Of a DNA stretch of 64,000 nucleotides, positions 24,400 through 37,330 are shown one piece after another. The stretch comes from Camelus ferus (taxonomy: Eukaryota): positions 101,682,001 to 101,746,000 of the forward strand of contig NC_045697.1 in NCBI RefSeq assembly GCF_009834535.1, in the 5' to 3' direction. The notes below the pieces were generated by a model. That model was not told where the DNA came from. It did no database searches and saw nothing but the letters and a program-made list of their open reading frames with translations. The translations under genes were made by a program, and so were the position numbers. Position 1 is the first letter of the stretch. Each line of letters opens with the position of its first letter.

Positions 24400-27300
24400 T
24401 GCTGAGAGAGTCCAAATGCACTGGTCACAAAACAGCCAATATTATGACTGTTAAAATGTCAGACTGTAACAAGTATCATATCTATCTTTTATTTTTCTTT
24501 TCATTAGACCCTTATACTTTGAGAAAACACATTCAGTGCTTGTTTTTATTTTCTTGACAATACATTTATTAACAAAATGCATCATGGGAAAAAAATCTAC
24601 CTCTTAAAATTCCATTTGCTTTTATGGTTAGACATGCTTGACCAAAAATTTTCAGAGGAAAATATATACCTGGTCCCTAATTAAGCTGCATTAAATTTAG
24701 TAGAGGTATTTAAATGGTCCTGTCCTTGGTTTTACTGAAAGAAAAAAAAAAATTTCATTTATTATCCTTTATAAAAGAATTGGTATTAGAGTTGAAGGAA
24801 ATATTGTTAAAAAGGAAAGAAAAAATCTTTTATTTAGATTACCTGTGTAGTTATCCATTATTAAATTCAAGTCTTTGAAAATACTAGAGATGATACAGTC
24901 TCTCTTGAAGGCAATAACATAAAATTCATCCAGCTGTAGTACTTTTCAGGTTTGTGTAGTGCTGTCTTCAGCATCACTGTATCTGCATTTCAAGTACAAA
25001 TGTTTTAAAAAAGGATTATTTATACATATGTGCTGAATTGATTTTAAGAAAGGTGCATGATCCTGTAGGAGCCACATTTTTACCTAAAAATTGCTAACTT
25101 TGTAGTATTTCTAATTATTTGAGGATTTTAAAAATTCTATTTCAGGGAGTATATCTTCTGTGTGTTTTGAAGGAGGTGAGTTCTGTATGTGCCTTGCAGT
25201 ACTGTAATTCAAAAATAGGAATCTTTGGCTGCGGAAAAGTTTTTTTTAAATGAAAAATGAAAAATGTTAGGAAGTAATTTTTTGTGCTAACATTAAAATT
25301 ATAACTTTTTGAAAGGTATTAGATTTTCCTGAAGTAAAATCTGATGGTTCTAAATCAATAAGTGTGATAGTTTGTTTTTAACTCTTAGAAGAATTCAGAG
25401 GAAATGAACCTAGTCACGTAAAAAAAACTTTGATTTTTGTTACTTAATCCTCAGAATATTAAAAATTGATCACATATTTTTAGAGTCGTTCATCCGGGTT
25501 TTTCTGAGTTTGTTGTTGTTGTTGTTGTTTGAGTCATATGTTTTGCACAATTGTTTCACAGTTTGAGATAAAATGTCAAAATGTCAGCCTGTACCGTCCC
25601 ACATGTTCTTTTGCCAGGAAACTGGCAACCATTTGGGGCTCCTGGGTCTTGATTACACAGTATTCAGGAGTCAGCCCAGTTGTCCCCATTCATAAAAGTT
25701 TTAACTTACCCATGGTTGCACATTGTTCTGAAGATTGGTCTCCTATTTATTTTGAAAACATTTTAAGGAAAGAATGGCCTTTGGTGATTTGGGGTTTATC
25801 TTTTTCCCAAGCTTTTAATGGCAGGAGTTAAAAACAACTCCTCATCCTCATTCCACCGCATCCCACTCCTAACCTGTTTCTAGTCACAAGGAAGATTAGG
25901 AAACCTGATTGGATTCGTTTAAACTGGAAATTCTTTGCAGAATTGATTGAGCTTTCTCTTCCATATAAATCACTGACCCAGAAGGACTTTTATCAACTTC
26001 CTTTCCTGTGACTTCCTATTCTCATAGTGGGTGTCTGAGCTACCCAATGTGTTCAGTTGTCCACTGGCTAGATAATGACTTACAATCAGGTTATATCAGT
26101 CTTAGCATTTACTAAAATTGATAAAGTCATTAAATATTTGCTGGGTTGATATTGGGTTCAGCTGCTTCTATGGGAAACTTCCATAAAGACCATTAGACCT
26201 ACCCAAAGTTTTATCTATGATCATTTAAGGATCGTATGTCTCAAGGTAATACATACTGAATTTTTTCCAAAATGATAACAGAAAGATAAAGTTCTAGTTA
26301 TATAACATTAAACATTTCAATAACTTCATACCAGTACCAAAGACTTGAAATTAAAGATTTCCTTTTAAGATTAAAAACACAATAACATTATTTGCTGAAT
26401 TTAAAGCATTTATACCTGTGGAAATCTTGGAACCAGAATAATCAGAAGCTTCATTCAAAAATTCATCCATCTGAGCCTCTTCAATAAGCCGATACTTAGG
26501 ATTGCTCTGATGATTTTCCTCCTCAGTAGTTAGCATCCCTATCACTTGACTGCAGCTTGGTTTAGTTGTCATATTAGGTCTTCCCTTTCCCCGTATTCCT
26601 AACCCTTGCTCTTGCATATGTTGTGGGGTCTGACTGTGAAGGCTGGCTAGGGTACTACTACTATTTCTCTTCAGTTCAATCCAAGGTAATCAGTTAAAAT
26701 GTAGCTGCTAATTTTGCTGAGAAGAGCACATTAGGTCTCACTACTCACAAAAATTAAAAACTAGGCATCTAAGCCTGTTCCTCTCAAAGATCTTTACTGG
26801 CACCCTGAGAACAGTAGAGGTTTTTTTCAGAGAGCTATACAAAGAAGAAAATACAAATGTGGTTGGTCGTGTAAGCCTGGGTAACCCATCCTCTAGGCAG
26901 GTGCCTGTGAAACTGGCTTGTGACACTTCCATAGCTCGAGTTGGAGAAAGGAGTGTAGCTCAGTCTCCCTTCAGGCATCTTCCCATCACTTCTCTTTAAG
27001 CTGAATAACCAGAGAAGTAGGGCAACACTGGGCTAGAGATTCCTGGCCTTTGTTTCCATACCTTAGGTTTCCAGAAGACTCCTGTGGATGTAGGAATAAA
27101 GATCTCTCGTAATGTGTAGAGGTGTTTGGGGACTTTGTGACAGGTTCAGAAGGCCGATTTTTAAGTCACATTTGGAAAGAACAAAAATATTTCAAAAGTA
27201 AGTCTTAAGCTCAGATCTATAATGTTCTTTTTCATTTAGATCTGTTCTTTTTATGATGTTATTTACAAAAGTACTTGTCTTTTCATATACTACCTCTTTA

Positions 27301-28310
27301 AGTACTTTCTGCTACCCTCTTATGAAAGAGGATTGAATGCTTAATGTGTGCCCAGCCCGGTTTAATTAAACATAATTGGCATAATCTTTCTAGTACCCAG
27401 ATCTTAATGGAAATGACCATTTTGATACTGTGTACTTAGTTCCAGTTCTTAATTCCTAGTGTATCTTTTCCTATTGTGTACTCCACACAATATACTCTAT
27501 ACCAAGAGAGCTAAAACAGAGGAAATAATGTTTTACATTTACATATGGTATTTTTCCTCATAAAGGTGTTGTACTTTGTATATCCTTTTACCCTCTGTTT
27601 TTGCCTAATAAGATTGGGTTTCTAAAACTAAATATTCCGGAAGTAAAGGATAAGTTCTTCTCAGCTTATGAAAACTTACTAGGAAATGTTAACTTATTAG
27701 TAATTCAGTAATACAATCTACAAGAATAAGGTTAAACTTTGGATAATGTGATCCTGTAACAAACAGGTTTAAAGTGAAAGCAAGGAAATATGAATTTAAA
27801 GTTACCCCAAAGAAGCTTTAAAAATAAGTCTAAAATATAAGCTGTTCCATATACATATATATTCTTAGGCATTTACCAAACTGTCATATCATCATAGAGC
27901 TAGCCTTATTTTGTTTTATTAAGTTAATTTTCTTACAGAGTCCTTTTTGGGAGTGAATGAAACTCAAAATGAATGAGGGATTTGAAAAAAACAAGGATTC
28001 AAAATAAACAGTGCTTGGAAAAAAGGCTGACTTAAAAAGCAACAGCAGCTTTTCCTGTATAAAAAGAAATTTTGCTAAAGAAATAATTTTTAAGAGATAA
28101 AGATTTTTATTCAACAAAACAAATCTGGGTTTTACAAATTCAAAGCGATTTGTTATGTAAAACTTTTAGCCTCAGTGTTACATAACCAGTGTGGATTTAA
28201 CATTAAAAATAGAATCTAAGAAGTCAGCCAAGTGTGTAGCCAGCTCTCATCAGTGTCAGTTATGGCCTGCAGTTGTTTTTCTCTTAATAAATATGTTTTC
28301 AAGTTTTGCT
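24400..28310 (+). other. USP38: USP38 3'UTR (3' end uncertain)
   Basis: AU-rich sequence after the stop codon, nearly free of recognisable repeats until ~28.4 kb. Contains candidate polyA sites at 25458 and 28286. Confidence 0.5.
25458..25530 (+). promoter_or_regulatory. Candidate proximal polyadenylation site
   Basis: ATTAAA at 25458-25463, followed by CA dinucleotides and a GT-rich (TTG)n downstream element at ~25498-25530. Confidence 0.45.
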
Positions 28311-28320
28311 TTGTGTGCTA
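28286..28320 (+). promoter_or_regulatory. Candidate distal polyadenylation site
   Basis: AATAAA at 28286-28291, followed by T/GT-rich gttttgctttgtgtg. Confidence 0.35.
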
Positions 28321-28325
28321 GACAG

Positions 28326-28369
28326 ACACACACACACACACACACACACATACGCGCGCGCGTGCACGC

Positions 28370-28400
<31 letters not shown>

Positions 28401-28401
28401 T
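28326..28401. repeat. Compound (CA)n-(CG)n-(CA)n microsatellite
   Basis: Directly visible as an uninterrupted purine/pyrimidine alternation. Confidence 0.95.
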
Positions 28402-28443
28402 TGATTTCAGAGAGATGAAAAGGTTAGCCTTCCCTGGCTAGAC

Positions 28444-28613
28444 CAGCGGCTTCAACCGCTGGTTGAAGTGATTATGTTAGAATCACTTGGAAAAGTTTTG
28501 AAAAATAATATCAGACTCCCCCCCAGACCAGTTAAACTACATGGGGACTGAGCATCAATATTTTTTAAAGTTCTCACATGATTTTAATGTGCTGCCTCAG
28601 TTGAGAACTTCTG
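28444..28613. mobile_element. MER5-type hAT element
   Basis: ttagaatcacttgg...tgattttaatgtgc..cagttgagaac, with ggctaga on both flanks. Confidence 0.65.
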
Positions 28614-29663
28614 GGCTAGAAAAGGAGCTGTTTTCCCTAGGGCTTTTATCCAAGGATACTAATATGCTGGCTGTCTGTCATGTGCTGGACACAGATATTT
28701 ATATGTCTTTTTAACTTATGTCAGCCCTGTGAGTTTATACCTTTCCCCTCCCTTACGCCTTTATGGATAAAGAAAGACTCTGTTTAAGAAATTTGCTCAA
28801 AATCATGCAGCTAAAAAATCAGAATTGAGATTTTAATCCAGGCCTTCAGAACTCCAAAGTCAATGCTCTAACAGAGGGACAGTAACAAGTAGGAGAAAAA
28901 TATGAACAAAAGACTTAAGCAAATTACATGTTTAAAAAAGCTTGCAAAAAAATTTATGAAATAAAATTCTATAATCTGTTTCACTTATTCTTTTGCACTC
29001 CAAACATGATTCCAAAAAAGTGAGATTTGCTTTGTAAAAACTTGTAGATAGTGATCTAAATGGTTAAGAAATGTGGTTCTTAGCAAGCTCATTTGCTGCA
29101 CCAGTTAAATCACTGCTTACTTTACCAGCCTCATCTCTTCATTCTTCCCTTTCTGTCCTCCAAAGTTATACTGGACCTCGCATAGTCCTTATTCAGACAA
29201 CATCATGTACTTGCCATCTCTAGGCTTCTACACATGCAAATCCCAGTATAGCATACCATTACCCACACCCCACTTCTCCCTTCCTGCTTTCATTTGACTA
29301 ATTCCAGCTCACCTGGCAATATGTTCAAGTATATCTCATACTGGCCTCCCAAACTGACTAGTCTTCCCTTTTATCCTGGGTTGTGTCTTGTGTTCCTTAA
29401 AAAGACCATGGCTTAGTAATGGAGCTAAATTAGCCCTAGAGCATTACCTACAGGGAAAATTAAAAGCGGGCCTTGAAATGATCAAAGTCATCTATAAGTA
29501 ATTCAACTGCATGCAGAACAAAGTCCAATACTCTAAAGGAATACAACAAACCCAGCATTTAACAAATACACAATATTCAGGATCTGATCAAAAATTATCA
29601 GGCATTCAAAGGAAGAAAATATGACATACTTAGGAGAAAAAACAGTCAATAGAAACAGATTCA

Positions 29664-29830
29664 GTATAGCACAGGGAGCTATATTCGATAACTTATAGTA
29701 GCTTATGGTGAAAATATGAAAACAAATATATGTATATTTATGTATGAGTGAAGCATTGTGCCATATACCAGAAATTGACACATTATAAAATGACTATACT
29801 TCAATTTTTTAAAAGTAGAAAGAAAAAAAT
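29664..29830 (+). mobile_element. Short L1 3'-end insertion
   Basis: gtatagcacaggg...ccagaaattgacacatt...gactatacttcaat followed by an A-rich tail, with gattcag on both flanks. Confidence 0.8.
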
Positions 29831-30079
29831 GCCGATTCAGAAATTATGGAAAGGAAGGAACTGACAAACTAGCAGCTTAAAAGAATATAAAGAAAAATAT
29901 GGACAAAATGAAAAAAAAAAAGGAAATTCCAAGAAATGGAAAGTCCAAGACAAAATGAATAAAGAAATGGATTTCCAAAGGAAATCATACCAAGGCATAT
30001 GATAATTGAATTCATTAAAAACAGTGATAAAGAGAAACTGTTAAAAGCAACTGGAGAAACAGAGATTCACACACTATAT

Positions 30080-30278
30080 ACAGCCCTCAAGTCAAATCTA
30101 TCTTGCCTCCTGTTTTTTCATAAAGAAAGTTACTGGACACTGACACACCTATTTGCTTACCTATTGTCTATGGCGTTTATTTCACTAGAATGGCGGAGTT
30201 GAGTAGTTGTGACAGACTATTTGGCCTGCAAAGCCAAAAATATTTACTAGAGTACTTCACTGAAAAAGTTTGATTTCT
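30080..30278. mobile_element. MER58A-like hAT element nested in the L1 ORF1 remnant
   Basis: gagttgagtagttgtgacagac...ggcctgcaaagccaaaaatatttact...aaaaagtttg. Confidence 0.8.
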
Positions 30279-31288
30279 GATAAAGAAAAACAGAAGACAG
30301 CAGTCTTCTTATTAAAAAATATGCAAGCTAGAAGGCAATGGAATGACATCTACAAAGTGCAGGAAGGAAAAACTGCCTACGTAGTAAACATTTGCTATAT
30401 TATACCAGCAAAGATGTCATTCAGCGTGAGAGTGAAAAAAATTCTTAGACAAAAGCTGAGAATTTTTTCCTCGAATATTTGGACTACGTGGTATGTTAAA
30501 GAAAATTCTTCAGGCTGAAGGAACATGATCCCAGATGGAAACTTGGATCTACACAAAGAAATGAAGGGTGCTGGAAACAGATTTGGCACCATTGACTCAA
30601 TATCCAGGAAAGTAGAGACAGCTTTGGAAAGCTCGAGACTCACACTGTGCCCAAGAGCAGTGATTTGGGTCTCCTGCCGCATCCCCCATGCGCCCAGCAT
30701 ACCATGCAGACAGACGAGACTCCCTTCCAGGAAAAGAAGCGTACACATGGACTAAAGCAGGGTTTGGCAAACACAGCCTAGGAGCCAGCCACCTGTTTGT
30801 GTAGAAAATCCAAAATAATTAAGAATGTTAAACTTAACATACAAACTTTTAAAATCAATAGGTGAGTTTAGCATGTTCCCTGAATATAAAGCCAGTATAC
30901 AAAATTCAAATGTATATCTGGATATCGGGAACAAGTATTAGAATATAAAATTGAGTGATTATATATACCATCATATTTTCAAAATCAATTTCTTAAAAAC
31001 GTAACATACACAAGACCTCCACACAGAATACTACAAAACATTGTTTAAGAAAGTAAAGAAGACCTAAATAAATCGGTTTAGAAAGCTCAATATTATAAAT
31101 ATCTAATTTTCCTCACACTGGCCTATAGAATCAATGCATTTCCAATCTTGGATTTTTTATTTATATTGAGAAGCTGATTATAAGATGGAAATGAAAAAAT
31201 TCTAACAATAGCCAAGACTCTTGGAAATGAACAAGGTAGGATGCCTTTCTTTACAGGATAACAAGGCTTATTACAAAACTAATTAGGA

Positions 31289-31417
31289 TGGGGGGAGGGT
31301 ATAGCTCAAGTGGTAGAGCACACACGAGGTCCCAGGTTCAATCCCCAGCACCTCTTCCAAATGGAAATAACTAAATAAACCCAATTACAACCCCCTCATA
31401 CAACAAACAAAACAAGC
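31289..31417 (+). mobile_element. tRNA-Ala-derived SINE with the anticodon region deleted
   Basis: ggggagggtatagctcaagtggtagagcacacacgaggtcccaggttcaatcccc. Perfect 15-bp TSD caaaactaattagga at 31274-31288 and 31418-31432. Confidence 0.9.
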
Positions 31418-31518
31418 CAAAACTAATTAGGACAGAGTGGGTTATCATCTCTGTTCAGGAAAGAAAAGTGAATCCAGAAATAGACCCAAACTTACACATA
31501 CATGATTTATGACAAAAG

Positions 31519-31622
31519 TAAGATGACCATCCAGTCCTAGTCTGCCTGAGCCTGAGGCTGTTCCCATGATATAGATCTTTCAGAACTAAAACCAAGAAAA
31601 TTGGAATGAGCTGGTCACAATA
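31519..31622. mobile_element. MER81-like hAT-Blackjack element
   Basis: agatgaccatccagtcc...ctttcagaactaaaacc...gagctggtcac, flanked by gacaaa(a/g)g. Confidence 0.6.
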
Positions 31623-32949
31623 GACAAAGGTAGCACTTTAGCTAGTGAGGATGGGCTTTTCAATAAATCATATGGGGCAATTGGATAATCATATAAAATA
31701 AAAGAAATTCAGCTCTTACAGTGCATACAAAAATGTATTTTCAGATGGATTGTAAATCTAAACTGAAAGGCAAATTAACACTCTAAAAGATTACTTGGCA
31801 GAATATCTTCAAAACCTAGGAATATGGAAAGATTTCTTAAATAGGATCCAAAAAGCCCTTGTCATGAAGGAAAGCAGTGGTAAAATGGATTACATAAAAT
31901 GAAAAACTTCTGTTCCTCAAAGACACCATTCAGAATGAAAAAATCATGGAGTGGAAGATATTTGCAACTCATAAGTGAATATATAAAGAACTGCTATAAA
32001 TCAAAAAATAAAAAAATAAGATAGTCTGCAAGAAAATGAGGAAAAGAGAAGCAGGAACTTCATAAGAACAACTTTCTAATAAACATACAAAAAGATACGG
32101 ATCTTCATTAATCATCAGAAAATACAAATAAAACCACAGCACTTTTATATAAGATGAATTAAGTTTAAAAAGATTGACAGTATCAAATCCTGATGAGGCT
32201 GCAGATTGTAAAGTCTCATACACTACCTACAGGAGTGTGGATTGATAAAACTACTTTGGAAAAATGACAGTTATCCTTGAAAACTGGACCCATGCATATT
32301 CTACTATCCAGTAACTCACTCACTAGGAATAGATCCTATAGAAACGTATTCACAAAACACATTTTTAAAGGTTCAATGTAGTATTATTAATAATGGCCTA
32401 CAACTTAAAGTGTCTATGAAGAATAGACTAGATAAATTATGGTATATAGTATGTTAAATTCCTATACAGCAGTGGAAATGAACTCCAGATATACATTACA
32501 AGAAGGATGAATTCCACAAACATAATTTAAGGAAAGCAAACCATTTACATAAAACAGGCAGTTTGTGGATGTAGGAAGTATGGATGCTACCTTTAGAGAA
32601 ACGGAGGGGGAAGCAATCAGAAAGGATCATGAATGGGGACATTTGCGATACAGTTAATGCTCTATTTTTCACCTAGTTGTTCATTTACCAGCTGTGTTCA
32701 CATTATAACATATCAAACTGTATACTTACAATTTTGTACTTTTCTGTATATCTTTTATACTTCAAAAAAATATTGAAAATCTTCATTATAACTGGCAGGT
32801 TTTTTTTAAGAGTAGCCTGGCAGAGTGTAAGACCAGAGGCCAGAAAGCAGTTAAGAAGCTACTCCAGGAGCCCCAGGGATGGATGATGAGCTTAAACTAA
32901 GAGAGTCGGAGAAAAGTGGAAAGACTAAAAATAAATTGTTTGCATATAT

Positions 32950-33072
32950 CTAAATTGAGTACCTATTTTAAATTTTCAATTAAAATATCAGTTCTTCAGA
33001 TGCACTAACCACATTTCAAGTGGTCAATGGCCCCATGTGGCTCACGGCTCCCATAATGAACAGCACAACTCT
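32950..33072. mobile_element. MER3/MER33-like hAT fragment
   Basis: cactaaccacatttcaagtggtcaatggccccatgtggct...acagcaca. Confidence 0.7.
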
Positions 33073-33185
33073 AAATAATAGTAATGAACCATAGTGGTGG
33101 TAAACTATATTTTGTAATTTTATGCCACCTTCCCATCCTAAGTACCCAACATCTGGGTACCCTTATAAAAAATTAAACACATAGG

Positions 33186-33578
33186 CAGCAACATGGATGG
33201 ACCTAGAGATTATCACACTAGTGAAGTAAGTCAGACAAAGAAAGACAAATATCATATGATATCACTTACATATAGAATCTTAAAAAATGACACAAATGAA
33301 CTTATTTACAAAACCAGAAACAGACTCATAGACACAGGAAAAAAATTATGGTTACCAAAGGGAAGGTGGGGAGGGATAAATTAGAAGTATGGGATTTGCA
33401 GATACAGACTACTATATATAAAACAGATAAACAAGGTCCTACTGTATAAAAAAGGGAACTATATTGTAATAACCTGTAATGAAAAAGAATATATATATAT
33501 ATGTATAACTGAATCACAATGCTGTATACCAGAAACTAATACAACATTGTAAATCAACTATAATTCAATTTAAAAAAT
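33186..33578 (+). mobile_element. L1 3' end (ORF2 tail plus 3'UTR)
   Basis: gcagcaacatggatggacctagagattatc...ccagaaactaatacaacattgtaaatcaacta. Confidence 0.9.
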
Positions 33579-36500
33579 ATGTCTATTCTCTAATTATGGA
33601 ATAAAAGGAAATATTTAAGAAAAAACTTCTGGGTGCCCATCTTCCTAGAAATTTCAGGCTCATTTCTACTCGGAGGATGGACCATATATGACTTCTGAAA
33701 GAGGAACTTATAACATTATTAACTTCCCCATTATTAAGGCAACAGAGCAACAGACTTATTTTAATGTTGTTCCTGTTGACCACTTATTAACCAGTCTGTC
33801 CATGGCTATCAGAAAGGAAATAACTCATAATGTTTATTTACCCTTTTAGAACATCTTGTCTTCTTAAGTTTATTTTTATTTCTTGGGTTTGGGGTTGTAT
33901 GTCCTCAACTTCCTAGCACTTACCCAGTTTCTTTAAACAGACAATAACAGAAGTGAATATTTTCCACGATGTCTGCCTTGTGGTATGTGATCTTGATACC
34001 AAAATCACAACATCCTAGTGGAGAGCACTGCTGCTGTTCAGTGTCTCCAGAATGATCTACACTTGGCTAATTCCAAGGCACATGTTTATAAATAATACTC
34101 ATGCTGCATTTTTTGACAGCTTATATTTCCAGAGAACTCCATCATTTTCAGGTATGAAGGACAGGCTTGAACTTAATTTGGTTCTGTCTGGAGCAGTTTG
34201 TTCTCAAACATGGTCCAGAGTTAATGAGGAAAATATTGAAATCTAGGTTCAAAACATGGAAAAGTAATTTGCTGTTGTAATTGATGGTACACTTCTGTAT
34301 GTCCCTGCTGAATAATTTCTTGCCTTGGATAATTTCCCCCCTCTCAGCTTTCGGTAACAACAGAAGCAATTGCATAATCAAATTAGCCAATGGTCAGAGA
34401 CCAGTTTATTACTGTCGTCACCCATGGCTAAGATGAACACAAAACAAAAAGTAAAATAATAATAATGATAGAAATACAAAACTTGCCTCCCAGTCGCCAC
34501 TGCCCATGCCTAAATCCCAACAAAACAGTATTAGAGAAAACATCCCAAACTAAACTAAGAATCTTGCTTTGGGAAGTGACTGCCCAGAATACTGTATTGT
34601 GTCTTCAGCCAGGACACCGGCTGCCAATATAAACAGGTCGGCAATTGTCTGGAACAGTTCTTGAATATTCCACTATCCCTTGTTGGAACATCATGGTTAG
34701 ACACTTAAAAGTATACAAAGGGCTAAGTTTGTGTTAAATACTAGAGACAAAATAATAGATTGGCTGCCATCTGGCAAATACGTTATCTTTCCAGATCTAC
34801 TATTGACTCAGAATAACTGCCTTAAATAATCCACATCTCTATTTTCTAGGTAATGCAGTGTCAGTTAAGAACACTCAGTACACTGGAGGTTTGGTTTTAA
34901 GGAAGAGCAATGAAAATAATAGTGTTGTTTATAAAGGGGGGCTTCATTTTTAAAAAATGTATGATCATAGTTGGCAAGACAAGTGATAACCCTGAAGCTT
35001 TACATTAGTCAGTTATTTTATTCTTTCCATAGAAATTTGAGAGAGCTGCTAACAAGAAATCACATGTCTATTCTCCTCAGACACAGTATTTCTAAGTGGA
35101 GAGTTTTTAATTTTCATACTTTAAATAAATTGACTAATGTGATTTTTTTTTTGCCATTAAAGTGTCCCCCAAAAAGTTACATTTAACACAATCTTTATTA
35201 AAGTGTTAAGTACATGAGGACAGCCTATTGTTAATTCTGTATATTTGGGAATATGGTTGTCTGCAACTAGACTGAATTCCCTCTGAAAGAATGCCTTTAT
35301 CTTTCCCTCCCAATGTCCATTGTACCACCTGACATTTCATAGGCACTAGATGCACATGGAACTGAATACAAGGGTGTGCTGGGCAGGGTCATTTTCCAAG
35401 AGCCCAGAATTATGAGTCTTGAAGAAGCTGATAGACATCATTGGTCAAAAAGTGTCTGGATGGTCTGCATTAGGACAAGTGGGTGGAAGAACTTCATACT
35501 TTCAGGGAGGTGTACCCAACGAAGAACCTGGTCATAACTGGGCCAAGAACTGACATTCCACCCAAGATGAACTAATTTCCTTTCTAGAAATCTGGAATTA
35601 GGACTTACAGATAAGAGTAATTTTATACTAATGTATATGTTATATTATTTACTATATTGTATTATATCATATATTATAGAATTTACAAGGCTACAGCACT
35701 TCGAATAACAGAATAAGATAATGTGTGAAAATTTCAATTTGGGTAGAACAGGCACTAGATTTTTTATTAAATGAGGAAAAAGTCTTTGGCCCACTTGAGC
35801 CTTAATCTATTTCATTATCAGGCAGAGTCAAAAGCCACAGGGCAAGATTAATTTTTTTAGCAATTTTAGTTACTTTTAAACTTACATGGATCCGTTTTGG
35901 CATTTATTCCATTCTTGGACTCTTTGGCCTTCAGAACGATGCATTTTTATGGCCTCTATTTAATTTGGTTAGCTGTTCTGCCCGTGACTCTTCCGTGAAG
36001 ATTCACCTACTTTCTTTAGTAAGTGTAGCCTGGTCTTCCTCCTGGAAGGAGACAGCATGGAGTTGGCTGGGCCTGAGGCCAGCTTTAGATCTGACTTGTG
36101 CCTGAGGATGGAATGACTGTTTCTTAGGGACTAGCTGAACTAGAGAAGAAAGAGAGTGAGGAGAGGAAAAGGAAATAAAGAGGGAAAAAGAGATGGGGTT
36201 GCAGGCCTGAGGGCTGCTGCTAGGTTTTTATGATTTTTACTTCATACCTTGAAGTATAGTTTTATATAAAATATTATTTAACATTTTTAATATATACATT
36301 TTGATAATTGATCTAGCTATATGTATAATTGTTGGTTGATATAAATAGCTTATATTATGCATGTGGTATGAACCTAAACCTGCCAACTCTCAAACTCGAA
36401 TGATTTAGTCTTTCTTTAAGCAGCTACCATTGCTGAGAGCCTCCCTCCAAAGGCTGTTGGAAAGCTGGGCAGTGGACAAGCATGGCCCATTCCCCATAGA

Positions 36501-37049
36501 AAGATGTTAAGAAGAGAAGCTAGAACACAGGACCTGGGAAGGAATGGGCTTGTGAAGGGAGTGACGCCCTCCCACACTCCCTCTCTCCTACCTCTCCTCC
36601 CATCTCTGATCTTCCTGCAGTGGTTGATCTAACACACTGTCATTTAAGTCAAGATTCCTTTTTATCAAAAATCCCCATGGTTTGGTCTTCATTAAAACTC
36701 ACGATTCTGAAACTAGGGAGACAAGAGGCAAAAGCAGGATTGCCTAGTTTTATTGTTTTTAAACATCACTTTTAGGACACTGATGGAACCCAAAGCAAAA
36801 TGTTCACTGAAATCCATCAGTGAACTCGTGCACGATTAGTTTAAATTCTTATTTACTCAGTCCTGTGATTATCCATCTGGAAAAAAATGAAATTGCTAGA
36901 GTTGTCAAAATCAAGAAACAATTTTTCAAAGCCAAAGAAGAAATAAACGTGAGGCAAAGATTTTTTTCAGAACTGTTTTTCTGTGCTGGCTGTGTAAATA
37001 ATAGTCCAGAAGTTAAAAGGAGCCCAAAGAAGTCACAGATTAGGGAAAG

Positions 37050-37330
37050 TTAAGGATTACTCAATAATCATATTTGATTTACTACCATTGGTGATATATA
37101 ATCATGTTTTCTGCAAATATATTTAGAATATCTCTGGAAGGAACACACAATAAACTGTTAGCTTTGATGTTTCCAGGGAGAAATCTGGGGAGAAACCTCC
37201 CCAGAAGGGAGACTTGTTTTTTACAGTATTTTGGGAGCATTTTAAAAATTTTGTATCATGTATATGTAATTGTATTTTTTCAGTTTTTCTTTCTTTATTT
37301 TTAAAAATTTTAATAAACATACTAAATTTT
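37050..37330 (+). mobile_element. Old L1ME-type 3' fragment
   Basis: Degenerate motif tctggaaggaacacacaataaactgtta. Boundaries are approximate. Confidence 0.45.

Larger units (their letters stand above)
29410..32780 (+). mobile_element. Old, internally deleted L1M element (ORF1 remnant, ORF2 3' half, 3'UTR) with nested insertions
   Basis: ORF1-like peptides (IIEFIKNSDKEKLLKA; MQARRQWNDIYKV). ORF2-like DNA aaagaagacctaaataaat, aatccagaaatagaccca and aaaacttctgttcctcaaagacacc. Confidence 0.75.
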
